Assembly (NCBI GenBank): GCA_964618805.1
Contig: CAZUBM010000013.1
Coordinates: 1 to 54,835 of the forward strand
DNA: 54,835 nucleotides
Direction: 5' to 3'
Origin: an uncultured Nitrososphaerota archaeon
GTDB lineage: Archaea; Korarchaeota; Korarchaeia; Korarchaeales; Korarchaeaceae
Position 1 is the stretch's first letter. Every line of letters begins with the position of its first letter. Shown piece after piece: positions 38,403 to 48,968 of the stretch. Under the pieces are notes generated by a model that saw nothing but the letters and a program-made list of their open reading frames with translations, made no database searches and was not told the DNA's origin. The translations under genes and the position numbers were made by a program.

Positions 38403-39199
38403 GCGTTAAGGCCTTTGTTAGGGCTAAGGCCGTTCTTTGGCTCCACACAATTAGACTTTGGCGCTTCAGATGGTCCTTCCTAAATTGGATACTCTCGGAT
38501 GCTGCTTGGATATTTCTATTTGTGCTTGGGGCTCTCCTTTTTGTACCAAGAGAACAACTAAGCATGGCTGTAAAAGGAGCATTCTGGACAATAGTGGCTT
38601 GGAGCGTGATCTCAAATTTCTCTTCCCTTATAGGAAGTTGGATGAACTTCTTCATATCAATAGGGATGGTGGAGGAGCACTTAGTTAGAGGATTTTCACC
38701 CTTTAAAGCCCTTCTTGGCAGGCTAATAACTGGCTCTTCGATAACGATTGCATCGCTGCTCTTCATGGCGATGCTAGTTGGAGGAGCATTTCACGTGGAT
38801 CTTTTATCGGCAGATAGGACCTGGCTTCTGGTCCTAGGATTAGGTCTTCTAGCCGTTGAAGGAATATCCTATGGGTTTACAGTAGCAGCTATTTCAATGA
38901 GAACTAGCGTGCCCAATAACCTACTGGAGATACTGAACTTGGGAATAATAGGGCTTCTAATGGTTCCAGTTCAAGCGATTCCACGAAGTGCAAGGTTGGC
39001 CTATCTTTGCATTCCATACGTTGCTCCTTTACACCTAATGAAAGTAGCAACCTCTTCGGCACTTCCAATGTTGTTAGAAAAGGCGGTTTTGATTTCAGCG
39101 CTGGAAGCAACAGCGATGTTCTTTGTAGCCCTATTTGTCATGAGATTCGTGGAGGTATGGATAAAGAGGAATGGAGTAAAGGCGATCGGTTTCTGGTAA
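38399..39199 (+). CDS. ABC-2 type permease
   Basis: Six TMs, ATGA overlap with the preceding permease. Confidence 0.8.
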   Translation: MSVKAFVRAKAVLWLHTIRLWRFRWSFLNWILSDAAWIFLFVLGALLFVPREQLSMAVKGAFWTIVAWSVISNFSSLIGSWMNFFISIGMVEEHLVRGFSPFKALLGRLITGSSITIASLLFMAMLVGGAFHVDLLSADRTWLLVLGLGLLAVEGISYGFTVAAISMRTSVPNNLLEILNLGIIGLLMVPVQAIPRSARLAYLCIPYVAPLHLMKVATSSALPMLLEKAVLISALEATAMFFVALFVMRFVEVWIKRNGVKAIGFW

Positions 39200-39315
39200 T
39201 CGTCATAACTTCTAGCGTTTTAGAGAAATAGAAGAGCAGAGAAAATCCTTTTTCAATAAGCTTAGCCAATTAGTTTCAGAGTTAATTAGACCAAGGATGA
39301 CTGAAAGTGAGACAT

Positions 39316-40035
39316 ATGAAAATAATTGTTGATAAGAGGGAAGATCTCTCCAAGAGATGGGCTGAGAAAATCAGAGAAATGGGTGTTGAGGTAGAAGTTT
39401 CATGGCTTGAAGCCGGTGATTTCCTGGTAAGAAGTAAGGATCAAATTCTTCTCGTTGAAAGGAAAGGCGTTTCTGATCTCGTGAACAGCGTGATATCTAA
39501 GAGATTGTTTGATCAACTCGACTTGCTTGCTCATCAAGAGGTTCCTTTCTCCCTTATGATCACAGGAGACCCAAAAGAGCTTTCTAGAAGATTCAAATCA
39601 ATGGGAAGAGATCCAAAATTGGTCTGGAACATTTTTCTTGGCATTCAAAACGAACTAGCTTTGTCTGGAGTGCCGACTATAGTCGTCCCCGATGAGACCT
39701 TGGTACCTAGGACCCTCTATCTTCTTGCTAAAAAGATGGAAACGGGAGTTAGACCAAGTTTAAGAGTAGTAAAGAGGAGTAGAACTCTTGCAGACGAACA
39801 AGTGGAGGTTTTAGGAACAATACGGGGTCTAGGGATTATGAAAGCAAGAGCCATAATCGAAAGGTTCAAAACCCTGAGGAGGGTGGCAAATGCAAATCTA
39901 GCGGAATTAGCTAAGGTGAAGGGGATAGGAAACAGGATAGCAAAGCATATAGTAGAAGTTTTTACTACTCCATATGAGGAGGCAAAGGGAATTAAAGTCG
40001 GCAGGAAAAAGAGCTTGCTTTATTGGGAGGAGTGA
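39316..40035 (+). CDS. xpf: Short crenarchaeal-type XPF/ERCC4 endonuclease with HhH2 domain
   Basis: IVDKRE, GDF, VERK..D, two HhH motifs, PIP-like tail KKSLLYW. Confidence 0.88.
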   Translation: MKIIVDKREDLSKRWAEKIREMGVEVEVSWLEAGDFLVRSKDQILLVERKGVSDLVNSVISKRLFDQLDLLAHQEVPFSLMITGDPKELSRRFKSMGRDPKLVWNIFLGIQNELALSGVPTIVVPDETLVPRTLYLLAKKMETGVRPSLRVVKRSRTLADEQVEVLGTIRGLGIMKARAIIERFKTLRRVANANLAELAKVKGIGNRIAKHIVEVFTTPYEEAKGIKVGRKKSLLYWEE

Positions 40036-40041
40036 ATAAGT

Positions 40042-40857
40042 TCATAAGAATAGCTCACTTAGTGTTTTTAGTATGAAATTTGGCTTAATCTCAGATCTTT
40101 CTGCTTCCTCTTTACTTGTTACTCCGGTTAGGATAAGTACGGATTTAATTCCAGCATTGTGAGCTCCTTCTATGTCCGTGTCGATTCGATCCCCTATAAC
40201 GAGCACATCTTCTCTCTTTAAATCCATCTTTCTAAGAGCTATCTCAAAAATGTACGAGCTAGGCTTCCCAACTACAATATCTGGTTTCTTACCTGCAGCA
40301 GTTGCTATCGCTGCAATCATCGAACCAGCTCCTGGTAATAACCCTTTCTCGCTAGGGAAAGTTTTGTCGGCGTTCGCTGCTATGAAAAGAGCTCCTTCCC
40401 TTATAGCTCTCATAGCGGTTGCAATTTTCCAATAATTAAACCCTCTGTCCATACCAACTACAACAAAGTCACATCCTCTCTTCCAGCACTCCTCTCTTGT
40501 GATAACTTCTATTTTCTGCTCCCTCAGCTCCTTAACGAGGCCCTTTTCACCAACAACATAGGCCCTTCCTCCGCCATATCTTTCCTTTAGCAATAGAGCC
40601 GTCGTATAACCGCTGTTCAAAATCTCATCCGTGTCAACCTTGAGACCAAGGTCTCTGAGCCTTTTTTCGTACTCTCTCCTGGTTTTTGTTGAATTGTTTG
40701 TAACAAAAATTGTCTTCAATCCAAGATCTCTTAGTCTTCTAGTGGCTTCTACGGCTTCTGGAATTGATTTTTCTCCTACCCAAATTACTCCATCGAGATC
40801 CAATATGAACCCCGAATAAGTTTTAAACTGGGGCCTAAGTCCTTCCAAAGACATCAC
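40042..40857 (-). CDS. HAD-IIA (NagD-like) sugar/nucleotide phosphatase
   Basis: DLDGV, TNNS, GKP, GDRIDTDI. Confidence 0.93.
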   Translation of the reverse strand: MMSLEGLRPQFKTYSGFILDLDGVIWVGEKSIPEAVEATRRLRDLGLKTIFVTNNSTKTRREYEKRLRDLGLKVDTDEILNSGYTTALLLKERYGGGRAYVVGEKGLVKELREQKIEVITREECWKRGCDFVVVGMDRGFNYWKIATAMRAIREGALFIAANADKTFPSEKGLLPGAGSMIAAIATAAGKKPDIVVGKPSSYIFEIALRKMDLKREDVLVIGDRIDTDIEGAHNAGIKSVLILTGVTSKEEAERSEIKPNFILKTLSELFL

Positions 40858-40935
40858 TTCCGCCTTTTGTTTTCAGAGTTTTTTGTAGTAGAGGAAAGAA
40901 CTATTAATGTGATAAGTTTATACATAGTGGTGAAC

Positions 40936-41337
40936 ATGAGAGGAATTCAAGATTTGCGAGATAAGCTTGCTCAGATCCAACTAGTTGCCTCCATAACTGG
41001 GGAGCCAGCATCTAGGCTTTACGAAGAGGTTATTCATGAATTGACAACCGTAGGCTTCATTCCCTCTAAAAGAGCAGAGGGTCATGCATTCTTCCCATGT
41101 GAAAATGCTGACGTTCTTGGTTTGCCTCATATAAGGCTTGGACACTTTGGAACCATGATATCCCTATGGATAAGGGGTCCCTATGATCTAAACAGGGAGA
41201 AGGCAGAGATGGCTGGACTAACTGCAGAGGAGCTATATGAAAGGATCCTGATAGGAGCTAGAAGAGCGGCAGAGGTATTTGAGAGATTTAGAGGGACCGC
41301 TTCCTCGGTCCTCGTATCGCTCCCATTAGATGTTTAG
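40936..41337 (+). CDS. Hypothetical protein
   Basis: Likely start MRGIQ after GGTGA; no recognised motif. Confidence 0.65.
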   Translation: MRGIQDLRDKLAQIQLVASITGEPASRLYEEVIHELTTVGFIPSKRAEGHAFFPCENADVLGLPHIRLGHFGTMISLWIRGPYDLNREKAEMAGLTAEELYERILIGARRAAEVFERFRGTASSVLVSLPLDV

Positions 41338-42083
41338 GATCTCTCCTCCAACATCCTTATGGCTTCGAGCGCAACCCTTGTTTCCAGTTCTATTGCTTTC
41401 TGGACCCTAGGATCTAGCTCCCCTTTCTTTTCCCCCTTCTTAAATTCTCCTTTCTTAGTCCCCTTGATTAAATTTCCATCTACAGCTAAGATGGCTCCTG
41501 CCCTCAACCCTTTGATCTGTGACAAGACGAATATGACTGATGCTTCCATTTCAACAGAGAGAACTCCTAGATAGCTCCACAATTTTACGGTTTCTTGATC
41601 TTCAACATAGAAAGCGTCTCCAGTCAGTATCACTCCAGACCTTACCTCTACATCGAGATTATTTGCAGCCTTTAAAAGGGAGTTGACGACTTCGGCACTT
41701 GCTACTGCCGGGTACTCTGGGGGAACATAAGCTCTAGTAGTCCCATCTGCCCTTACCGCGGCTGTTGCAACTATGATGTTCCCTATGTCGATATCTGGCT
41801 GCATTGCTCCGGTTGTCCCTACCCTGATGAAACACTTAGCGCCTATCTTAGCTAGTTCCTCAACAGCAATTGCAGCAGCGGGACAACCTATTCCAGTCGA
41901 AGTGACGGAAACGGGAATCCCTTTATAGGTCCCTGTGAAGGTCACGTATTGTCTATATTCAGCCACAAGCCTGTATTCATCGAAGAACTTCGCTATCTTC
42001 TCGGCCCGTTTAGGATCTCCAGGTAGAAGAACGTATCTAGCTACATCTCCTGGACCGCACATTATGTGAGGCTGAATGCCCAT
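41334..42083 (-). CDS. udp: Uridine/nucleoside phosphorylase (PNP/UDP family)
   Basis: QPHI, PGDPKR, STGIGCP, IRVGTTG, VEME. Confidence 0.9.
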   Translation of the reverse strand: MGIQPHIMCGPGDVARYVLLPGDPKRAEKIAKFFDEYRLVAEYRQYVTFTGTYKGIPVSVTSTGIGCPAAAIAVEELAKIGAKCFIRVGTTGAMQPDIDIGNIIVATAAVRADGTTRAYVPPEYPAVASAEVVNSLLKAANNLDVEVRSGVILTGDAFYVEDQETVKLWSYLGVLSVEMEASVIFVLSQIKGLRAGAILAVDGNLIKGTKKGEFKKGEKKGELDPRVQKAIELETRVALEAIRMLEERS

Positions 42084-42170
42084 ATATTCCCAAAAAGGAC
42101 TCGATTAACTTAAAGTTATCAAAAGAACTGTTCACATGAATAGAAGATGATATTTAGGTATTTTTTGGCA

Positions 42171-43484
42171 TCATCCTTCAACGAGCTGCTCTTCCGTTAA
42201 TAAGTTGCTAAACTTGCCATATAATAACCAGACAAAGAGTGTAAACAACCACATCGTGAAGTCAACGCCTGACTCTATGAGTATGAGGCTATGGGACGCT
42301 GCCAAGAGATATCCAATTATCGAGCACCAATAACTTGGGTTATTTTTTAGGATTTTGTATCCAATTCCTAACATCAGCCCAAAGTAGATCATAATAAGAA
42401 CAATACCAAACAAACCGAAGTCAAGGAAAGCGGCTCCAATCAAAGTGGATGTGATGCTTTGATTATAACCATATACCATCAATCCAATAACTATCCTTGA
42501 TCTGGGTGGACTAAAGGAAGCTAAGCCATGTGTTAACCCAAAGGGATATGCAATTTCTAATATCCTATCAAGAGTATTTAGCGTGAATCCCGCCCTATAA
42601 AAAAGTGTCTCTATTGGATTTAATATCCATTGAGACGGGACTTTCATGTATCCCACCACAACGATCACTGCCGCTAATAGGATTAATGATAAGAGCATTG
42701 CTTTTCGGCTTAGAAGATCTCGGTACCAATAGGCCATTGTAAGGGTTAAAAGTATGCCCATCGGCTCAAATCTGAAACCCAATAAGCTAAATAACAATAA
42801 TCCAATTAAAGCAAGCGAAATGGAGAACTTATTGTTTTTTTCGCAGGATACAATTATAGAGAAACCATAAATGAAAGACATATAGGAAAAAGCCCTAACT
42901 ATTGATAGGTTAGCTCTTTCTCTCAACCTTTCGCTTAGGAGAGGGAACCCTCCCAAAAAAATAAAATAGAAGATAAGAATGCTGATGCTAACTAGAACTA
43001 GTGCGATAGGAATCTTCTTTGGAACTTCCCTCGAGTGAATATTCAATCCATAATTTAGTATCATAGAAAAAACAATCCCGATCAGAACTCCTATAAAGAG
43101 GCTATGGTAAAGCTTCAAGATTGCAAAGGAGACAAACAAGAATATAAGAACAAGTATCGTCAACTGAAAGCGAAAATCAGCAATGAACTTTAGTGGAATC
43201 TTCTCACAGAGTCTTACACTCATAATAAACAAAAAAAGACTAAAAATAATTGCTAATGGAGTCCTGATAGAGGGAAAATCCAACAGATCCAATAAATAAC
43301 TAATAAACGCGAGAGAAAGGAACAAGAGAAATGCCAAGGGAATTATTAAAAGAGGGGAGAAGAGGTCTCTTTCTGGTATTTTAAAGCAGACGATGGGTTT
43401 ACTACTCAGACCACCACATTTTTTCCCTTCCTCAAGGAAAGATGAGATATCTTTATCACTGTCTAAATCTTTTTGATCTCCCAT
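42171..43484 (-). CDS. Archaeal oligosaccharide repeat-unit polymerase (Wzy-like) membrane protein
   Basis: ~11 TMs; GFR, YRAGFTL..LD, SITSTLIG..FLDFG, IESG motifs. Confidence 0.65.
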   Translation of the reverse strand: MGDQKDLDSDKDISSFLEEGKKCGGLSSKPIVCFKIPERDLFSPLLIIPLAFLLFLSLAFISYLLDLLDFPSIRTPLAIIFSLFLFIMSVRLCEKIPLKFIADFRFQLTILVLIFLFVSFAILKLYHSLFIGVLIGIVFSMILNYGLNIHSREVPKKIPIALVLVSISILIFYFIFLGGFPLLSERLRERANLSIVRAFSYMSFIYGFSIIVSCEKNNKFSISLALIGLLLFSLLGFRFEPMGILLTLTMAYWYRDLLSRKAMLLSLILLAAVIVVVGYMKVPSQWILNPIETLFYRAGFTLNTLDRILEIAYPFGLTHGLASFSPPRSRIVIGLMVYGYNQSITSTLIGAAFLDFGLFGIVLIMIYFGLMLGIGYKILKNNPSYWCSIIGYLLAASHSLILIESGVDFTMWLFTLFVWLLYGKFSNLLTEEQLVEG

Positions 43485-43829
43485 CGAAATTCTCTACTCC
43501 CACGATCGTTCTCTAGTGATTTTAAAATGTTTTTCTTACACAAATATGCTACGCATCTTAGATAACGGAAACCCTCAAAATAGTGGTTTTTCTATAAGTT
43601 CTTCCTTGGAATTTAACATTGAGTGAAATCTGAAATGCAAGAAAATCGATCTCATTGGCTGATTAAACAAAATAATGGTAGAACATGTCTCTAAAAAGCC
43701 ATTTCCCCTGAAAACTCTCAAACTTTCCCCAAAAGTTCTAAAGGGGTTTCTTTTGAAAAAAGGTTTGTCAAGCGCCCTCTATCATCATTTCATAAGATTT
43801 ATGGATAAGCGGGGTCCAAATTCTGTGTT

Positions 43830-44207
43830 ATGATAAGTAAAAGAGTTGCCTTTGAAAAAATTCTTAACGAATTCATAAGTGGATTGCCAGAGGTTTCTGG
43901 CATAGCTATATTGACGAGAGATGGCCTTCCAGTAGCAAGCAAGTTTAGGGCAGAAGCACCAGAAGAAGAAGTTGTTGGAGCAATGAGCGCCTCTATGCTG
44001 GCTATAGGTGAAAGGGTGGCCATGGAGTTCGGACATGGAGGAGTAGAGAAGGTTCTTGTGACTGGGGAGAAAGGATATGCCATGCTTATGGGAGCCGGCC
44101 CAGACGTCATGGTAGTAGCGATTTTGCCTAAAGATGCTAAAATAGGCCTTGTCATGCTTGAACTCAGAAGAGCGTCGGAGAAAATAGCAAAAATAGTATC
44201 AGAATAA
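43830..44207 (+). CDS. Roadblock/LC7 (MglB-like) protein
   Basis: TRDGLPVAS, VGAMSA, GEKGY, KIGLV. Confidence 0.92.
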   Translation: MISKRVAFEKILNEFISGLPEVSGIAILTRDGLPVASKFRAEAPEEEVVGAMSASMLAIGERVAMEFGHGGVEKVLVTGEKGYAMLMGAGPDVMVVAILPKDAKIGLVMLELRRASEKIAKIVSE

Positions 44208-44323
44208 GCTGAGACGACATAAGTCCGTAAGTCATTTTTAATGTATAAGCTGAGCTTTAATGAGTTTTTACAATTGTAAAAATTTTTTATCTCTATTTGA
44301 TATCCCCCGATTCTGGATGAAAA

Positions 44324-46078
44324 ATGACAACAAACAGCTGGCAGAGATTCAGAGAGAGCTATTTTTTCCTCACTTTGCTGGCATTTATTGTTGGAATAAT
44401 ATCTGGCTTTGGTGCTATAATTTTTAGGTGGCTTATCGGCTTTTTTATGAAGGTTTTCTATGAAATTGGCCCTAAGATATTTAGCTTCATGGGAAAAAGC
44501 TACTATCTTATAGCTCCAGCTCTTGGAGGCCTGTTAATAGGTCCAATAATTCATCATGGAGCATCTGAGACCAGAGGACATGGAGTACCTGAAATCATGG
44601 AAGCAGTATGGACAAGAGGTGGGAGAATTAGAGCAAGAGTTGCGATAATAAAGCCACTGGTTTCGGCCATATGCATTGGATCAGGAGGATCTGCTGGAAG
44701 AGAAGGACCTATAGCTCAGATAGGTGCTTCCTTTGGTTCCATATTGGGCCAGCATCTTGGTATATCTCCTCAAAGGCTTAGGGTGTTAGTGGCCTGTGGG
44801 GCTGGTGCCGGTATAGCTGCAACGTTCAACGCTCCTATAGCTGGGATATTCTTTGCCATGGAGATAATTCTAGCAGAATTCAGGACTAGGTCTTTTATAC
44901 CGTCTGTTATTGCAACGGTAACTGCAACATCAATTGCAAGGCGATTCCTTGGCGACTATCCAGCTCTAGGACCTCTAAGTTACTCCCTTAAGAGCTACAG
45001 TGAGTTAATCTTCTACTTAGGACTGGGAATCCTTGCTGGAATAACCGGAATAATAGAAATAGATGCCCTATACAGGTTTGAAGATCTTTTCGAGAGGATA
45101 AAGACACTTCCTCCATACATAGTACCAGCCGTAGGAGGAATTATACTAGGAAGCCTGGGTTTAATCTTTCCACAAGTTCTAGGAGTTGGCTATGGAGAGA
45201 ATCTAATCTTCCCGCTAACCAATGGACTGGTTGCTGCAATAAGTCAGAGGCTAGAATTTAAACTAATGTTGGTGCTTATATTCGCCAAAATTTTGGCCAC
45301 TTCAATAACCTTAGGCTCAGGAGGTTCTGGAGGAGTCTTTGCACCATCCTTGTTCGTTGGAGGTATGCTAGGAGGAACTTATGGCTACATAGTGAGCTCC
45401 CTTTTCCCTGACATAACTGCTGGCTATGGAGCATACGCTCTCGTTGGGATGGCTGCTCTCTTTGCAGGAGTCAGTAGGGCAACTTTGACTAGCATAATTA
45501 TCCTCTTTGAAATGACAAGGGACTATGACATAATCCTACCCCTCCTGCTTTCATGCGTCATTAGCGATATGATTGTGGTATTCTCTGGCAGAAACATCTA
45601 CATACAAAAGCTCCTCAAAAAAGGAATAAAGGCAAAGCCAGAGAGACCACCCGATGCCCTTGACTTGACGCTTATAAGGGATGTAATGAGGAAGGGCAAG
45701 GAGATCGCTGTCATCAAAAAGGGAATGAAGGTAAAGGAGGCATATGAATTAATGGATAGGACAGGATTTCATGGCTTTCCCGTTCTTGATGATAAAGGAA
45801 GGCTTGTAGGGCTTATAACTCATAATGAGATAAATGATGCCATGACATCGGGCCTGTGGGATGCAAATGTTGAGAAAATAATGATAAGAGAGCCGTTAAC
45901 ACTCTATCCAGATGAGACGTTAAGAGAAGCTTTGCTAAGAATTGGCATAAAAAGGGCAAGCCACTTCCCAGTTGTTGACAGAAAGGATAAGAGAAAATTA
46001 GTTGGTTTCGTTACCATGAAGGACATAATCTCAGCATATGTTGAGAAGACTAAGGAAATAGAGTGGTTCCCAGCTTAG
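44324..46078 (+). CDS. CLC chloride channel/antiporter with CBS pair
   Basis: GHGVPE, GSAGREGP, FNAPIAG, GGVFAP, two C-terminal CBS domains. Confidence 0.95.
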   Translation: MTTNSWQRFRESYFFLTLLAFIVGIISGFGAIIFRWLIGFFMKVFYEIGPKIFSFMGKSYYLIAPALGGLLIGPIIHHGASETRGHGVPEIMEAVWTRGGRIRARVAIIKPLVSAICIGSGGSAGREGPIAQIGASFGSILGQHLGISPQRLRVLVACGAGAGIAATFNAPIAGIFFAMEIILAEFRTRSFIPSVIATVTATSIARRFLGDYPALGPLSYSLKSYSELIFYLGLGILAGITGIIEIDALYRFEDLFERIKTLPPYIVPAVGGIILGSLGLIFPQVLGVGYGENLIFPLTNGLVAAISQRLEFKLMLVLIFAKILATSITLGSGGSGGVFAPSLFVGGMLGGTYGYIVSSLFPDITAGYGAYALVGMAALFAGVSRATLTSIIILFEMTRDYDIILPLLLSCVISDMIVVFSGRNIYIQKLLKKGIKAKPERPPDALDLTLIRDVMRKGKEIAVIKKGMKVKEAYELMDRTGFHGFPVLDDKGRLVGLITHNEINDAMTSGLWDANVEKIMIREPLTLYPDETLREALLRIGIKRASHFPVVDRKDKRKLVGFVTMKDIISAYVEKTKEIEWFPA

Positions 46079-46089
46079 CCGCCTTAAAA

Positions 46090-46609
46090 TCAAGATTCTT
46101 TAAGCTTAGATTGCCCTTGATCCATTAACAAGCTGATGACCGGTATCCTTACACTCGATGCAACCCTTTCACAAACGGCTTTCAAAGCTAATCTCCTTGA
46201 TTTTCTTCTCTTTTTCCTAAGCAAAACAACTAAATCACAATCTCCTTCAGTTATCTCTTCTACTATGGCATCTGCTGCATCTCTGACAACAGCAACCTTT
46301 ACTCCTGTTTTTATTTTTCTTTCCTAAGTTCGGCTGTAATCCTGGTTAGCCAGAATCTAGACTCAGCTATCTGATTATCAAACTGCTCTAAACCAAGTGA
46401 AGAGGCTGCTGGAGACTCAATAACGTGGAACAAAGTGAATTCATCCTCCTCTAGCTGAAACAAATGCTATGGGAGATGCCCTAGCGGAATAAAGGGCAAC
46501 CAATCCAAGGGCTATGTAAACATCTGCTTCAACATCAGCGTATCCCATTGCAAATGAGCCCAGCTATCCAACTTCTCTTTTTTAGACAGACCTCCTCTTC
46601 TTCTTTCAT
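46090..46609 (-). pseudogene. APC amino-acid permease-USP fusion remnant with large internal deletion
   Basis: MKEEEEVCLKREVG*LGSFAMGYADV..YIALGLVA (APC TM1) joined to a USP-like tail FTLFHVIE...DAADAIVEE..CDLVVL...RIPVI; internal stop and frameshifts. Confidence 0.7.
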
Positions 46610-46767
46610 TTGATTCCCTCTCTGTTCGCTTACCTTGGTGAGAAATACTTTAATGGTTTCCCTAGCTTAGCAATGAAGCCTTATTAGAAAAGAAAAACAG
46701 GGTGTGGTTAAAGAAATGAATCGCTTAAAAGGATTGAATTCTTGATGCGGAAGGTGAAAGAGAGAAT

Positions 46768-47952
46768 TTGAGTTCCAAAGTAAGAAGATCTTTTGTAGCC
46801 ATCTCCATAGCTGGTTTCTTTGCCGTATTAAGCTCAACCATGTCCAAATCTCCAACTCTTCCCCTTTTTGCCGAAAGTTTAGGCATACATCCAGCTGAAA
46901 TAGGATTCATAGCCTCCACATCTACGTTTGTCGGGATCTTTACGAATGTAGCAGCAGGATCCCTTTCAGATAGATATGGAAGGAAGGCGTTGTTAAGGGC
47001 AGGTGGGCCAGTTTTTGCCACTGCTCCGCTTTTTTATTTATTCGTGCGAAACTCTTTCCGACTGGCTGCTGTAAGAGCATATCACGGCCTTGCTACAGCA
47101 ATTTTTGTCCCAGTTTCATTGGCGTTCATAGCTGATATTTTTCCTGAGAGGAAAGGCGAGATGATGGGTCTCTTCTCATCTGCTATGATGGCTGGAAGGA
47201 TGACAGCACCTCTCTTGGCTGGGACCATCATACTAAAGTATGGATTTAGAGAGACGTTCGAGACATGCTGGTTGGCCGGAATAATCGCCTTTTCAATAAT
47301 CTTTTCCCTTAATAGTTCAAGTCTACGTCAAAAATCCGAGATTAAGACACTATCTTTCATAGAAGGGCGAGTACTGCTAGTTGCCTCTTTTGAGGCCATT
47401 ACTTACTTCATCATGCAAGCTATCGAAACATTTCTTCCACTTTATGCGGGCATGTTGGAAGTCTCCGCGTCAGAAGTGGGTTTTCTATTTACAATTCAGA
47501 TATTAGTCATGACTTTCTTCAAACCAGTTGCAGGTAAATTGTCTGATAGAATTGGCAGGGCTCCTTCCATAATCTTTGGGCTGATAACCACTGCTGTAAG
47601 CGTGCTGGGATTGAGCTTCTCCAGCGGAGCCTATTCAATGATGCTCTCGCTCATATGCCTGTCAGTTGGGGTATCCTTTGTTTCCTCGTCTACAAAGCCG
47701 TTGGCTTCGGAGATTATGGGTCCAAAGGTACATGGTACGGCGCTAGGAACTACTGAGACTATAAAAGACGTTGGACAGGCTTTTGGACCGGTAATAATGG
47801 GAATGCTAGTTAAATTCATGGGTTACGAACGATCTTTCTTTACCTTGGCAGTACTACCATTGTTGTTCACACTACTACTTCTGGCCTTGAAAGAAGAACT
47901 CATTATCTCCCAAAATAATAAGAAAGGATTTATTGACTCTCTCCAGCAATAG
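46768..47952 (+). CDS. MFS transporter
   Basis: GSLSDRYGRK and GKLSDRIGR motif A repeats; 12 TMs. Confidence 0.9.
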   Translation: MSSKVRRSFVAISIAGFFAVLSSTMSKSPTLPLFAESLGIHPAEIGFIASTSTFVGIFTNVAAGSLSDRYGRKALLRAGGPVFATAPLFYLFVRNSFRLAAVRAYHGLATAIFVPVSLAFIADIFPERKGEMMGLFSSAMMAGRMTAPLLAGTIILKYGFRETFETCWLAGIIAFSIIFSLNSSSLRQKSEIKTLSFIEGRVLLVASFEAITYFIMQAIETFLPLYAGMLEVSASEVGFLFTIQILVMTFFKPVAGKLSDRIGRAPSIIFGLITTAVSVLGLSFSSGAYSMMLSLICLSVGVSFVSSSTKPLASEIMGPKVHGTALGTTETIKDVGQAFGPVIMGMLVKFMGYERSFFTLAVLPLLFTLLLLALKEELIISQNNKKGFIDSLQQ

Positions 47953-48039
47953 GCCATTTCTATGAATTATGCAAACCTATAACTCGATCCCTGCCTTTCA
48001 GAAATGTTCTACAAACTGAAATTGTATGCATGTTGATGA

Positions 48040-48878
48040 CTAGGGAAGAGGGACAGGGATATCCGAGCCTAAAAGATCTGCTAACTTTCTCCTAAGGTCA
48101 TTTAGGTCCTTAGCTTCGACCATTTCTATTCCAAATGATCTTAAAATATTCTTTGTCTCCTTAGAAAAATTTCTGAGTTGAAGCAAGAACAAACCGCCTT
48201 TCTCCTTCTTTTGGCAATCTAGAGATATCAATAACTTTTGTGATGAATGGAGCAACCCGCTCTGGCAATAGAGTCCCTTCTCCACCATATACATCCACCA
48301 AATACTCCTTTCCATCCTTTATGGCTCTAATTGAGAAGGTATGAACAATTCCTGATCTTCCCTTGATTGCAGGCTTGCTTGTCACACTGAAGCCTCTGCT
48401 TTCCAGCTCCTCTGAGAACATTGAGGGCTTAGCTACAAGCCTAGAAAGCTCATCTAGAACTTCTGGATTCAGCCTATAGGAGTAGAGGTTATTTCTCCGT
48501 GCTTCTCTCTCGCGGAATCTATGTCCTTACTTTATACAAATGTATACCATTTCTGTCTCAAAGAAACTCCCACAAGATTTGCATCTGAATACATTTTCAA
48601 TTAACCTATACTCCTCTTCAAATGATTTAAGGGTCTTTCCACAGCTCGGACATTTTAGACTACCATCTGGCTGGAGGAACTCCTCCTCAAAGGCTACATA
48701 GCCACAGCCATAGTGCTCAATGACTTTTTCCTTCTGAATATTAGAAGAGCCACAATACGGGCATGCCTGTTGGGTTACATGTAAAGGAGATTCGCACTTC
48801 GGACAGACTATGTACTCCCCGGCCTTCTTTCTAAGCAAGATCCCCTGATTCGCAAGCTCTTCTAATATGGTTTTCTGC
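48040..48878 (-). pseudogene. TackOD1-like multi-zinc-ribbon protein with restriction-endonuclease-like C-terminal domain, disrupted
   Basis: CPKC, CPYC, EHYGCGY, CPSC, CKSC; in-frame TAA at 48527 then YSYRL...IKGRSGIVHTF; frameshift ~48175; N-terminus missing. Confidence 0.7.
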
Positions 48879-48968
48879 TAATGACTTTGCTTCGATTCAC
48901 CCTCACAGCATCAAGTGAGTAGATCTTTTAGGAAGTTTTAATTAACAGACGAGCGTCGATACTTGAAT

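Noticed and set aside
43485-43829. Replication origin with ORB elements
   Set aside because: No convincing repeated ORBs and no cdc6/orc1 nearby
44208-46078. Fluoride riboswitch and CLC-F exporter
   Set aside because: No riboswitch consensus seen upstream; the protein has GHGVP/GREGP rather than GNNLI/GREGT
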